Position numbers and translations under genes: made by a program | The notes under the pieces: generated by a model | The model's input: the letters and a program-made list of their open reading frames with translations, nothing else | Told to the model about the DNA's origin: nothing | Database searches by the model: none | Source: Fibrobacterales bacterium | GTDB taxonomy: Bacteria; Fibrobacterota; Fibrobacteria; Fibrobacterales; JAOPTW01 | DNA: 46,644 nt | Direction: 5' to 3' | Assembly (NCBI GenBank): GCA_051532055.1 | Contig: JAOPTX010000064.1 | Coordinates: 1-46,644, forward strand | Shown: positions 34,584 through 43,810 of the stretch, in pieces | Layout of the letters: each line of letters opens with the position of its first letter | Numbering within the stretch: the stretch's first letter is position 1

Positions 34584-35953
34584 TGGAACATCTTACAAAA
34601 ATAGTATCACAATACAATCAAGAACATCTTGTCGCATTTTACAATGAGCTTTCTGAAGAAGAACAGCAAAAACTTGTTCAGCAAGTAGAAGAATTAGACT
34701 TTAAAAGAGTTATTAAAACTTTTAATGATAACGTTTCAAATCACGAAGAAGCCATTGACACTCTGGAGCCCTTACCTTTTAAATCTATTTCTGAAACTAC
34801 GAAAGAAGACCTTGAACTTTGGTTTTCGAAATCGCGAGATGCATTTTTAAAGGGAGAAGTTGCTGCGTTTTTGGTTGCCGGTGGACAGGGTTCACGGCTT
34901 GGATTTGATGGTCCTAAGGGGGCTTTTGATATGGGGCTTCCTAGTGGAAAAAGCCTTTTTCAGCTACAAGCTGAACGCTTATTGAATTTAGGTAAGAATT
35001 ATGGAAAAATAATACCCTGGTACATAATGACCAGTGAGTTGAATAATGAAGCAACAGTTCAGCATTTTAAAAAGTATGACTTTTTTGGCTACCCACTAAA
35101 AGACATACACTTTTTTAATCAAGGAATGATACCTGCTTTTAATGCGGAGGGTTCGATACTTCTCCAGAGCAAAAGTGAGTTGGCGCTCGTTCCTGATGGC
35201 AATGGTGGTTGTTTTGCTGCTCTTGAGCGTTCGGGAATGCTTGAAGACATGAAACAGCGGGGAGTAAAGCATATCTTCCTCTATGGTGTTGACAATGCCC
35301 TCGTTGAAGTATGTGATCCTGAGTATGTGGGGTTCTACCTCTCAGAAGGAAAAGAGGCCTCTGCAAAGGTTGTGAAAAAAGCATACCCTGATGAAAAGGT
35401 TGGCCTTTTTGCATTGAAGAACGGTAAACCAGGAGTTATTGAGTATTCAGATATTGATGATGAGACGCGGCAGAAAACTGATGATGCGGGAAATCTCGTG
35501 TATGATGGTGGTAATATTGCGGTACACATGATAACGGTTGCTGCAGTTGAACGGCTCCAAGAGAGACCACTCCCCTATCATACGGCATTTAAGAAAGTAT
35601 CCTATGTTGATACCAACGGGGCACTTATAAAGCCTGAGACTGAAAACGCTTATAAATTTGAACAGTTTATGTTTGATATTTTTGGAGATGTTGGTGAGCT
35701 CTCTCTTTTTGAGGTTGACCGAGCATGCGAATTTGCGCCTATTAAAAATGCTACAGGAAATGATTCTCCTGAAACTGCCAAAAAATTACTATTAGAGTTG
35801 CATACTCAGTGGTTGAAAGATGCGGGCCTCACCATTCATGACGATTGTTATTATGAAATTTCACCTCTCATCAGTAGTTATGGGGAAAACCTCAGTCAAC
35901 AAACTTTTGATGTGGGGCTTGAATCAGGACTCATTTATTCTGTGAATCGGTAG
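34583..35953 (+). CDS. UDPGP-family (eukaryote UAP1-like) UDP-N-acetylhexosamine pyrophosphorylase
   Basis: AGGQGSRLG..GPKG, KSLFQLQAE, WYIMTS, PDGNGG, VDN, EKVG, IEYS, KFEQFMFD, EFAPIKN. Confidence 0.9.
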   Translation: MEHLTKIVSQYNQEHLVAFYNELSEEEQQKLVQQVEELDFKRVIKTFNDNVSNHEEAIDTLEPLPFKSISETTKEDLELWFSKSRDAFLKGEVAAFLVAGGQGSRLGFDGPKGAFDMGLPSGKSLFQLQAERLLNLGKNYGKIIPWYIMTSELNNEATVQHFKKYDFFGYPLKDIHFFNQGMIPAFNAEGSILLQSKSELALVPDGNGGCFAALERSGMLEDMKQRGVKHIFLYGVDNALVEVCDPEYVGFYLSEGKEASAKVVKKAYPDEKVGLFALKNGKPGVIEYSDIDDETRQKTDDAGNLVYDGGNIAVHMITVAAVERLQERPLPYHTAFKKVSYVDTNGALIKPETENAYKFEQFMFDIFGDVGELSLFEVDRACEFAPIKNATGNDSPETAKKLLLELHTQWLKDAGLTIHDDCYYEISPLISSYGENLSQQTFDVGLESGLIYSVNR

Positions 35954-35955
35954 TA

Positions 35956-36774
35956 GTGCATTTAAAAATCATTATAATAGTGTTGAAATGTATGGTGCGG
36001 GTAGTAGTGATGCTACCCCTTCCTATACATTATCTCATTATCAGACTTCTCTTTGTATTTAAACAATCTCTTTTTCCAAGAGTCGTTCAAAGAATACAGT
36101 ATCGAATTTCAAGAGTACCAGGATTAAAACCTGACCTATGGAATATTTTTCGAAATAGCTGGTTTAACACCATTGCTATGACCCGGCATGCACTGAATCC
36201 ACGTTCAGTTGCCATTGACTTTTTTACAAAAAATGACAACACGTTACTGAGCGACAACCAGAATCATATTGTGTTTGGAATCCATAGCGGTGCTTTTGAG
36301 CTTATGCACCTTGCTCTCGCACATGCAAATAAGCCTGTATACGTTATCACTGAAATGGTACAAAACCCCCTTATACATGATTTGGTCGCAGCAATTCGAG
36401 GGAGGCGGAACCTGTATCACTTAACGCCAGAGCAATTTGTAAAAGAATATAGAACAATAGTATCACGACCATCAATTGTTGCCTTAGTTATTGATCAAGG
36501 GAGAGGTTCTCCTTCTGGGAGTGTGTGTATAGAACAATTAGAAGTTCCCTATTTTGCAAAGCTTATTCATAGACTTCATAATAAGGGGTTCTTAGTTCAT
36601 TCAATAAGTACGGTACCACAAACAGTAAAACGTCACTCGCTTATTATAAAATCGTTCAATGTCAATTTACATAAGTCACTTGTTGTATTTGTGGAAGGGA
36701 CTATTAAAAAGACAATCGTGATGAACCCAAATCAATGGATTTGGCATTACCCTCGATTTACTGAAAAAAATTAA
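35956..36774 (+). CDS. LpxL/HtrB-like lipid acyltransferase (divergent)
   Basis: HSGAFE (Hx4E), VIDQG, NPNQWIWHYPRF; N-terminal hydrophobic anchor. Confidence 0.75.
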   Translation: MHLKIIIIVLKCMVRVVVMLPLPIHYLIIRLLFVFKQSLFPRVVQRIQYRISRVPGLKPDLWNIFRNSWFNTIAMTRHALNPRSVAIDFFTKNDNTLLSDNQNHIVFGIHSGAFELMHLALAHANKPVYVITEMVQNPLIHDLVAAIRGRRNLYHLTPEQFVKEYRTIVSRPSIVALVIDQGRGSPSGSVCIEQLEVPYFAKLIHRLHNKGFLVHSISTVPQTVKRHSLIIKSFNVNLHKSLVVFVEGTIKKTIVMNPNQWIWHYPRFTEKN

Positions 36775-36778
36775 AACG

Positions 36779-38065
36779 TTATTCTTGATTCATGGAACGG
36801 TGAATTTTATCAAACGCTGAATCATTGAGTGCATTATTAAACTCACGATGAGATTTATAAGTGTACTCGAAATACCGTTCCCATAATTCATCAAATTCCA
36901 TACAGAGATAGATAAACACTTTGTCTTTCCATGGTTCTAATGCGGCAAATGCAGCGTCGTACATCTTGACACGAATTTCCTTGGTGTAGGTTATTTTGTT
37001 GTCAGGAGTTTCTTCTGTTGGCATTTGAAGCAGCTTTGACTTCGTATAGCTTTTTCTGAGCGTATCTTCTATTCCACGAATGAGCGTAATGGTTCCGACT
37101 GAGAACCAGAGTACTTCATCGGGAGTAAACATATCCATGATTGATTGTACTAAGTCGGTATACCCTTGCTCAAATCCTTGATAGTACATCATAGGGTGCA
37201 TATGAAAGCCGACCTTAATCCCTTTATCAGCAAGAGAGCGAGCGGCACCAAGACGTTTTTCAAGTGAGGCCGTCCCATGTTCTTCGTTGGATATGACTTC
37301 TTGAGGATTGATGGTAAAGCTTACACAGGTATTGGCAGGTATTTCATTTTCTAAAAGATATTTTATGTTATTTGATTTTGTTTTAAGTTCTAAAATGATG
37401 TTAGGGTACTGGGCAGACCATTCAAAAAGGTCTGTTAGTATGTTTCCCCTGTTTCCCCATAATAGAGAATCAGAACTATTACCTGTTCCAATGCGATAAG
37501 TCTCATTAGGATCTATATGGGTCTCAGCAAGTTTCTCTTTTAAATTTGTCGGTATGTAAATATCAGCAATTTCATAATTGTTTTGTAAAATACAGTAAGT
37601 ACAGGTCATTCCACAGTTTTCAACAACATTGAGTACTTTAAGGTCGCAGCAGACTCCGCATGATTTAGACGCTGCTGGGCAGGTTTGCAGAATGGAATCA
37701 GTAATTTCTTTATCGTGGTATTTATATCGAGGAGTGCGCTCTTTTTCGGTCTCGACTGAGTATTCACGGGGTTGTGCAAGATACTCTGTATAGGTGAGTC
37801 GAATCTGCTTGAAAATCCATGCACCTTGTTGCTTGGGTTGCATTTGTGATTTTTCTGTAAGACAGGTTTGAATGAGTTGTTCTAACTTCTCAAAAAATGA
37901 GTCAAAACCCCACATTTCTGCATCTATAATATATTGACCCATAATTTTTAATTGAGAATGGGTAAAGCGGAACTCATTCTCAAAACGCTGAAGGAGTAAA
38001 ATATACTCAGCTGATATTTTGTTATAAAGGTCCTTAGGAATCGCACTTGTAATTTTTTCTACCAT
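36779..38065 (-). CDS. Spore photoproduct lyase family radical SAM protein
   Basis: CGMTCTYC, ELKTKS, EEHGTASLEKRL.AA, GFHMHP, YLCME. Confidence 0.88.
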   Translation of the reverse strand: MVEKITSAIPKDLYNKISAEYILLLQRFENEFRFTHSQLKIMGQYIIDAEMWGFDSFFEKLEQLIQTCLTEKSQMQPKQQGAWIFKQIRLTYTEYLAQPREYSVETEKERTPRYKYHDKEITDSILQTCPAASKSCGVCCDLKVLNVVENCGMTCTYCILQNNYEIADIYIPTNLKEKLAETHIDPNETYRIGTGNSSDSLLWGNRGNILTDLFEWSAQYPNIILELKTKSNNIKYLLENEIPANTCVSFTINPQEVISNEEHGTASLEKRLGAARSLADKGIKVGFHMHPMMYYQGFEQGYTDLVQSIMDMFTPDEVLWFSVGTITLIRGIEDTLRKSYTKSKLLQMPTEETPDNKITYTKEIRVKMYDAAFAALEPWKDKVFIYLCMEFDELWERYFEYTYKSHREFNNALNDSAFDKIHRSMNQE

Positions 38066-38344
38066 GGCCCAAAGATAGCATTTTTTAACAGTTAGGTCTT
38101 GGGTAGAGGAGCAAATCTACATGGTTGTATTAATATGAAATACATAAGAGCTTAGGTCGTGGGTATTTAGAGGGTGATTTTTATGCTTAAAATAAGAATA
38201 GAGCCAACGATAAGCTGGAGTGCTATGATTTTATGAATTATTGATTGAAATATCACAAGAAACCCTTTTGAGTAGCACTCAATCAATGTATGTAATTCTG
38301 TTACATTTGACCGTGATGGTTGTCACACATGGCCCATTTTATAC

Positions 38345-38375
38345 AAAAAAATCCCTCTTTTGTATAAGAGGGATT
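38345..38375 (-). terminator. Terminator after the PEGA/FGE gene
   Basis: aatccctctt/aagagggatt stem; the A-run on + gives a U-tail on minus. Confidence 0.75.
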
Positions 38376-38406
38376 ATCATTAGGCTATATGTTTCTTGTA
38401 TTAGCG

Positions 38407-40794
38407 CTAGTATGTCGCTTCTTTTGGAGCTGATTTCTTTGGTTCAGGTGTTGGGTTCTTTTTGGGGCTCACCGGAGTCGTAGATTTTGTTTTATCGGTC
38501 TCTTGTTGTGCTTTTTGAACTTCAACGGGAGTGGCTGTTACTGTAGGTTCCGGTTTCGCTTCTGCAGAATCATTTTTAATGATCTGTTTTGCTGTAGCGT
38601 CTTGTAGCTCTTGTACTTTTTCTATGTTGGTCTTAGCAATTGGTTTACTTTTCGTTTTGGTGCTATCAGAAGTGCCTTTTTTAAGCGGTTTAGCCAGAGA
38701 GTCTTTTTTGATTTTATTCTCTTTCATTTTTTTGAGAAGCTCTTTCTTTTTCTCGAGAGCGCTCTTTTCTTTTGCTACAGGTAGTTTTTTCTGTTTGGAT
38801 TTGTCGATGCTCTCTTGCTCTTCAAAGAGTTCATCTGCGTATTTACGAGGTTTCTCGTGTTTATTCAATCGTTTTGTAATCTCTGCTTGAGTCAACACTT
38901 GTTGCGCCGGAAATACACATCTTAATCCGAGTGCATCACTCCAAAAGCGAGGGTCTTCATATTCATTCCAGTCATTTTTAAGATAACTCGGGTCATCTTT
39001 CCATGAGCCGCCTTTATATATTTGACTAAAGCCAAATGTTGCTCCTGTCGGGTCTTTGGCAGTTACAATATTTATAAAGAAATACGGATCAACATCGTCA
39101 GTCCATTCTGCAACATTTCCGTACATATCGTAGAGCCCCCATGCATTTGCCTTCTTGGATCCAATTTTGTGTGGCCCATATTCAGGGTGCTTTTTACCGA
39201 GATTCAGGCTGTTTGCATCATAGATAGCATAGGGTGAACCATCAACCGTTTCGGCCCCCCAGAAAAAGTAGCTCGATGTTCCTGAGCGAGCAGCGTATTC
39301 CCATTGTGCTTCAGTAGGAAGGTCTCCCCCAATATCTTCACAGAATTCTTTAGCCATATCCCAGTCAACATTATGGGCTGGAACGCTATCGTGCTTAAAG
39401 CTGTATTCATAGCGCTCATCATCATCTTCTGCCGTGCCTCGAATACGTTGATAATGACGTTGGGTAATTTCATAGGTATTAATAGCAAAAGGAGACATAA
39501 GTACATTGCGCCCTTTATAATCAAATCGCCCTCGCTGTATCTCAACTACATCCCCTCTGAGGCGTTGGAGATCACGTTTGAGGCGTTTTGCTGTTCGGTC
39601 ACGTTGTTTATCTTGTAAGTATTTTTGTTTGTTCGATGCGATCATATCCTTTTTAGCTTCAGAATTTGTGAGATCGTCGAAGTATTTTTTGACAATGGTA
39701 TTTTCCATAATATAGGGTGGAAGACTAAAATCTCCATCAACCGCATACTCTGCCCCATCAACAACTATAGCTATTTCTTTCAATATATAATAGCGAGATA
39801 CCGTAGCAGTAGCCGTTGTGATTTTGGCTGATTTATTTTGGTAGATTGCCTTGAGTACCACCCCTTTCTTAGGTGCTTTCTTAAGTGTTTTGCTTTTTGC
39901 GCTACTCAATCCATTAATGGCTACCGTATCTAACCCTTTAGGAAGAACCGCTATACCTTTAAATAATGCATCTATTCTTTTGTTCAAGGCTGAAAATTTA
40001 AATTTGAGACCGTATTTCCCAGTGGCTTTATCAAGGAGCTTAGATTTGAGACCATCAGGAATGAGGTACACTGTTCTATCCTCTTGTTCCAATGCAAAAA
40101 TGCGTTCTTTAAGTTTCAGCCTTAATGATTCAAACCCATCAATAGTTGTTCTGTAGGGTGCTGTAGATATTCTAAAGGTTGAGAGTTTTTCTTTTTCAAA
40201 CAGATCAGAATACACATCAAAGAGTTTAGTTTCTGCTGGTGGAAGTGAGTCGGGTTTTGCTATCGGCTTTGGATATTTAGATGAGTACTCTTTAAAGCGC
40301 CCTTCTAATTTGGAATGAAGATTAAGTAATGCAGTATTCAGTGTATCGAGCTTAATAGTCAGAGACTCTACGCTGTCCGTTTCAGTAATTTCAAAAGTAT
40401 TCTCTTTTGAATTGGTACCTTCGGGCGCTGGGAGTTCCGCTAATAGTACCGGAGGTTGGGATTGATTTTCTGAATCCATGCGGTAAACGATTGAATAATA
40501 CCCTTTCTTTTGAAGGGTGTAATGCGTTACCCCAGGAGTGATATCTGATAAACCACACGGGGTGGTACAGACTTCAACACCATTATTGAGTACTGTGACC
40601 CCTGCTGGTTCAGTGGTTATTGTAAGCTTTTTTAAGTCCACGGTATTGACTGGTTTAGTAGCAGTATTCGGAGAGGACTCCTTCACTGGAACGGTTGTGG
40701 CGGCAGGTGCTTGTGATGCATCTTGTGCAAATAGACTGATGTGGCTTATACCAACAGCTAGCACTAACGTTAAAAGAGTGGCGCTCGATTTCAT
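38407..40794 (-). CDS. Secreted PEGA plus formylglycine-generating-enzyme (FGE-sulfatase) domain protein
   Basis: Signal peptide; LTITTEPAG...TTP (PEGA); YEITQ, LPTEAQWEYAAR, NAWGLYDMYGNVAEW, GGSW, GLRC; Lys/Pro-rich tail. Confidence 0.88.
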   Translation of the reverse strand: MKSSATLLTLVLAVGISHISLFAQDASQAPAATTVPVKESSPNTATKPVNTVDLKKLTITTEPAGVTVLNNGVEVCTTPCGLSDITPGVTHYTLQKKGYYSIVYRMDSENQSQPPVLLAELPAPEGTNSKENTFEITETDSVESLTIKLDTLNTALLNLHSKLEGRFKEYSSKYPKPIAKPDSLPPAETKLFDVYSDLFEKEKLSTFRISTAPYRTTIDGFESLRLKLKERIFALEQEDRTVYLIPDGLKSKLLDKATGKYGLKFKFSALNKRIDALFKGIAVLPKGLDTVAINGLSSAKSKTLKKAPKKGVVLKAIYQNKSAKITTATATVSRYYILKEIAIVVDGAEYAVDGDFSLPPYIMENTIVKKYFDDLTNSEAKKDMIASNKQKYLQDKQRDRTAKRLKRDLQRLRGDVVEIQRGRFDYKGRNVLMSPFAINTYEITQRHYQRIRGTAEDDDERYEYSFKHDSVPAHNVDWDMAKEFCEDIGGDLPTEAQWEYAARSGTSSYFFWGAETVDGSPYAIYDANSLNLGKKHPEYGPHKIGSKKANAWGLYDMYGNVAEWTDDVDPYFFINIVTAKDPTGATFGFSQIYKGGSWKDDPSYLKNDWNEYEDPRFWSDALGLRCVFPAQQVLTQAEITKRLNKHEKPRKYADELFEEQESIDKSKQKKLPVAKEKSALEKKKELLKKMKENKIKKDSLAKPLKKGTSDSTKTKSKPIAKTNIEKVQELQDATAKQIIKNDSAEAKPEPTVTATPVEVQKAQQETDKTKSTTPVSPKKNPTPEPKKSAPKEATY

Positions 40795-40899
40795 ACTGGT
40801 TCCTTTTATGTATGAATTACAGACGATTTATTATCGCAATTTATCGAGCTAATTACCAGTGAAAAGTATGTAAAAGAGTTCTGTGGGCTAAATATGAAC

Positions 40900-40937
40900 A
40901 AAAAAAGCCTAGAGTAAGGCATAACTTACTCTAGGCT
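40900..40937 (-). terminator. Terminator after the ABC-F gene
   Basis: agcctagagtaag/cttactctaggct stem with a U-tail on minus. Confidence 0.85.
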
Positions 40938-40960
40938 GTAGATAGAATGAGAGAAAACGG

Positions 40961-42574
40961 TTATCGGTACAGTACCGCTTGTTTTTTCTGTATTTCTGCA
41001 TCAACAAGGTATTCACCATAATTGAGATAACTATCGATCATGCCCTTTGGGCCAAGTTCAATGATTCGTGTTGAGATAGTCTCAATGAATTCTCGGTCAC
41101 GTGAAGTAATCAAGAGTGTCCCTTTGTAGTTAATAAGGGAGTTATTTAGTGCGGTGATAGATTCAAGGTCAAGGTGGTCAGTCGGCTCATCAAAAAGGAG
41201 TACATTTCCCTGCTGAATCATCATACGAGAAAGCATACAACGTACTTTTTCACCACCTGACAATACATTACACTGTTTTTGTGATTCATGCCCCGAGAAA
41301 AGCATTTGACCCAGAAAACCACGAACATAACTTTCATCATCATCTGTTGAGTATTGACGAATCCAATCAACTAAGTTGAGGTCTGATTGGAAGAATTTAG
41401 TGTTATCATGAGGAAAGAGTATTGGTGTGGTAGTAATACCCCAACGGTACTCCCCTCCAGTAGGTTCGATTTCACCATCGAGTATTTGAAGAAGGCGTGA
41501 TATGGCTAATTTACTTTTAGAAGTAAAGGATATTTTATCACCTTTATTTACTGAAAAAGTAAGATCTTTAAAGAGTACTTCACCGTTTTCGCTATAGCTA
41601 AGGTTTTCAACATTAAGAATGTCTTTCCCGGCTTCTTTTTCGGTATTAAAGACAATATGCGGGTATTTACGACTCGATGGTTTGATTTCCTCGATGTTGA
41701 GTTTTTCAATCATTTTCTTACGGGATGAAGCCTGTTTAGATTTTGCAGCATTTGCACTAAAACGGCGAACAAATTCTTCGAGCTCTTTCTTTTTGTCTTC
41801 CATCTTTTTGTTACGGTCTTTAATTTGACCCAGTGCTAGTTGACTTGACTGATACCAAAATTCATAGTTACCCGTATACATCTGAATTTTTTTGAAGTCA
41901 ATATCTGCAGTATGGGTACACACCGCATTAAGAAAGTGACGGTCATGGGAAACAACAATAACAGTGTTGTCAAAATTGGCTAAAAACTCTTCGAGCCATT
42001 TAATAGAGAGTACGTCAAGATTATTGGTAGGTTCATCGAGTAACAGAATGTCTGGATCGCCAAATAAGGCCTGACAGAGTAAAATCCGAACTTTCATTTT
42101 CGCTTCTATGTCTACCATAGGCGTATTGTGGAGTGATTCTGGAATACCAATGCCCGAGAGCATATTTGCTGCATTTGACTCAGCATCCCAGCCATTAAGG
42201 TCGGCAAACTCGCCCTCGAGCTCACCAGCGCGAATACCATCTTCATCGCTAAAATCTTCTTTGGCATAGATGGCGTCTTTCTCTATAACAATATCGTAGA
42301 GTCTTTTATGGCCATAAAGCACTGTATTAAGTACAGTAAATTCATCAAATTCAAAGTGATCTTGTTTTAAAATGGCCATTCTAAGGCCGCCAGGAATATT
42401 AATACCCCCTGAACTTGGCTCAATATCACCAGACATGATTTTTAAAAAGGTTGATTTACCGGCACCATTTGCACCAATAAGCCCGTAACAATTTCCCGGA
42501 GTAAATTGGCAATTAACTCCTTCAAAAAGAAGTTGTGAACCAAATGAGAGTGATACATTATCTACCGTAATCAT
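40961..42574 (-). CDS. ybiT: ABC-F family ATP-binding protein (YbiT-like)
   Basis: CYGLIGANGAGKSTF, LLLDEPTNNLD, SHDRHFLN, RFSANAAKSKQA, LSGGEKVR; no TM; start MITVD. Confidence 0.88.
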   Translation of the reverse strand: MITVDNVSLSFGSQLLFEGVNCQFTPGNCYGLIGANGAGKSTFLKIMSGDIEPSSGGINIPGGLRMAILKQDHFEFDEFTVLNTVLYGHKRLYDIVIEKDAIYAKEDFSDEDGIRAGELEGEFADLNGWDAESNAANMLSGIGIPESLHNTPMVDIEAKMKVRILLCQALFGDPDILLLDEPTNNLDVLSIKWLEEFLANFDNTVIVVSHDRHFLNAVCTHTADIDFKKIQMYTGNYEFWYQSSQLALGQIKDRNKKMEDKKKELEEFVRRFSANAAKSKQASSRKKMIEKLNIEEIKPSSRKYPHIVFNTEKEAGKDILNVENLSYSENGEVLFKDLTFSVNKGDKISFTSKSKLAISRLLQILDGEIEPTGGEYRWGITTTPILFPHDNTKFFQSDLNLVDWIRQYSTDDDESYVRGFLGQMLFSGHESQKQCNVLSGGEKVRCMLSRMMIQQGNVLLFDEPTDHLDLESITALNNSLINYKGTLLITSRDREFIETISTRIIELGPKGMIDSYLNYGEYLVDAEIQKKQAVLYR

Positions 42575-42631
42575 ATACGTTACCTGCATTGAAATCTTAA
42601 TTTTGAACAAATTTAGTAAAAATAGACCTAT

Positions 42632-43693
42632 ATGGTTTTCAATTCCAAAATAGCACATCTAATAAAGGATTTTTTACCAAAGCGGTTGGCTATTAATGTT
42701 ATATTGACTTTAGACGAATTGCTGGAAACCGAAATGCCTCTCTATCATTTTGCTTCAAAACCGCTCTCAGTGTATCAAGACCTTTTTAGTTTTAACTCTT
42801 TAACGCCTGATTCTGTTATAGAAGACACTTCTAATAGTATGATTCTTGAGTTTACGCTTAAAAATGGTCTAGAGATACTTTCGATTCTCCCCTCTTTGAG
42901 CTATATCCCTGCAGACACTTTCAGTTTCCAATTTTCCATAACGGCTGAAGGATATGAGTTTTTCCTCGTGCCCTGTGGACTACCCCATGCGCCATTTGCC
43001 GAACGGTATAAAAACCAACCACGCTTTGAGCATATGTATACGGCAGTAGATATGCTTACTCTTACTGAGGGGCTTAAAGAAGATACCACTATTACACTGT
43101 ATCTTAATACCATGAAACAAATAGACTTAAGGAAGTTAAATGTGTTTGTTTCGCTTAAGGTAGCCCATGAAGCACTCGAATTATCTGAGTACTGTATGGA
43201 TGAGCAGACTATTGTTCCTTTGAGTCAAATGGGTTTTAATAGTGATATCAAAAACCGAATTTGTTCGCCCGTATCCACAGGAATGGTACTGAGTAATCGA
43301 TTAAATGATGTGGATATTACTCAGGTAATCCAGAATTCCTATAACGAAATTGAAGAAATATATGGCGTTTGGCCTCAGGCGATATATGCAGCCAATATGA
43401 CTAAATCAAATGGATTTGTAGGGCAACTTTCAACGTCTCAAGAATTAGAGGCGCTTTTGGAAAATGGTGAGCCATTTGTCGCTAGTATCCAACATAGTGG
43501 TGACTTAGAGGGTTCCCCTCTTACAGAAACGAAAGGACACCTAGTTGTTGTAACCGGTGTAGACGATGATGTAGTTCTCTGCAATGACCCCGCAGGTGCT
43601 CATGACTTAGATGTACCTCTTTCCTATGATCGAGATCAATTTTTTAAGGCTTGGGAACGAAGTGGCTATACTTTTTATGGATTTTTTAATTAG
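42632..43693 (+). CDS. Protein with C-terminal C39-like cysteine peptidase domain
   Basis: SQM...ICSPVS (Cys), GHLVVVTG (His), NDPA (Asp); the start may instead be 42734. Confidence 0.8.
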   Translation: MVFNSKIAHLIKDFLPKRLAINVILTLDELLETEMPLYHFASKPLSVYQDLFSFNSLTPDSVIEDTSNSMILEFTLKNGLEILSILPSLSYIPADTFSFQFSITAEGYEFFLVPCGLPHAPFAERYKNQPRFEHMYTAVDMLTLTEGLKEDTTITLYLNTMKQIDLRKLNVFVSLKVAHEALELSEYCMDEQTIVPLSQMGFNSDIKNRICSPVSTGMVLSNRLNDVDITQVIQNSYNEIEEIYGVWPQAIYAANMTKSNGFVGQLSTSQELEALLENGEPFVASIQHSGDLEGSPLTETKGHLVVVTGVDDDVVLCNDPAGAHDLDVPLSYDRDQFFKAWERSGYTFYGFFN

Positions 43694-43810
43694 AAGCATT
43701 ATTGTTGTTTTTAAAAATTCGATATTACGGCATACGCCATAGGCTACACCTCCACACGGTATGGAAATTTGTATATTTCCCCTCATTGTCCTTTATAGGT
43801 TTTGGAATTA

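Noticed and set aside
38092..38165. Mini-CRISPR array
   Set aside because: Only two 14-bp copies, too short for CRISPR repeats, and no cas genes. Kept as a regulatory candidate instead.
38900..39020. FGE/C-type-lectin-fold C-terminus as a diversity-generating retroelement variable region
   Set aside because: I see no template repeat copy and no reverse transcriptase in the window, and the domain is followed by a long tail.
40961..42574. Antibiotic-resistance ABC-F
   Set aside because: The sequence resembles the housekeeping YbiT type and the context is not mobile.
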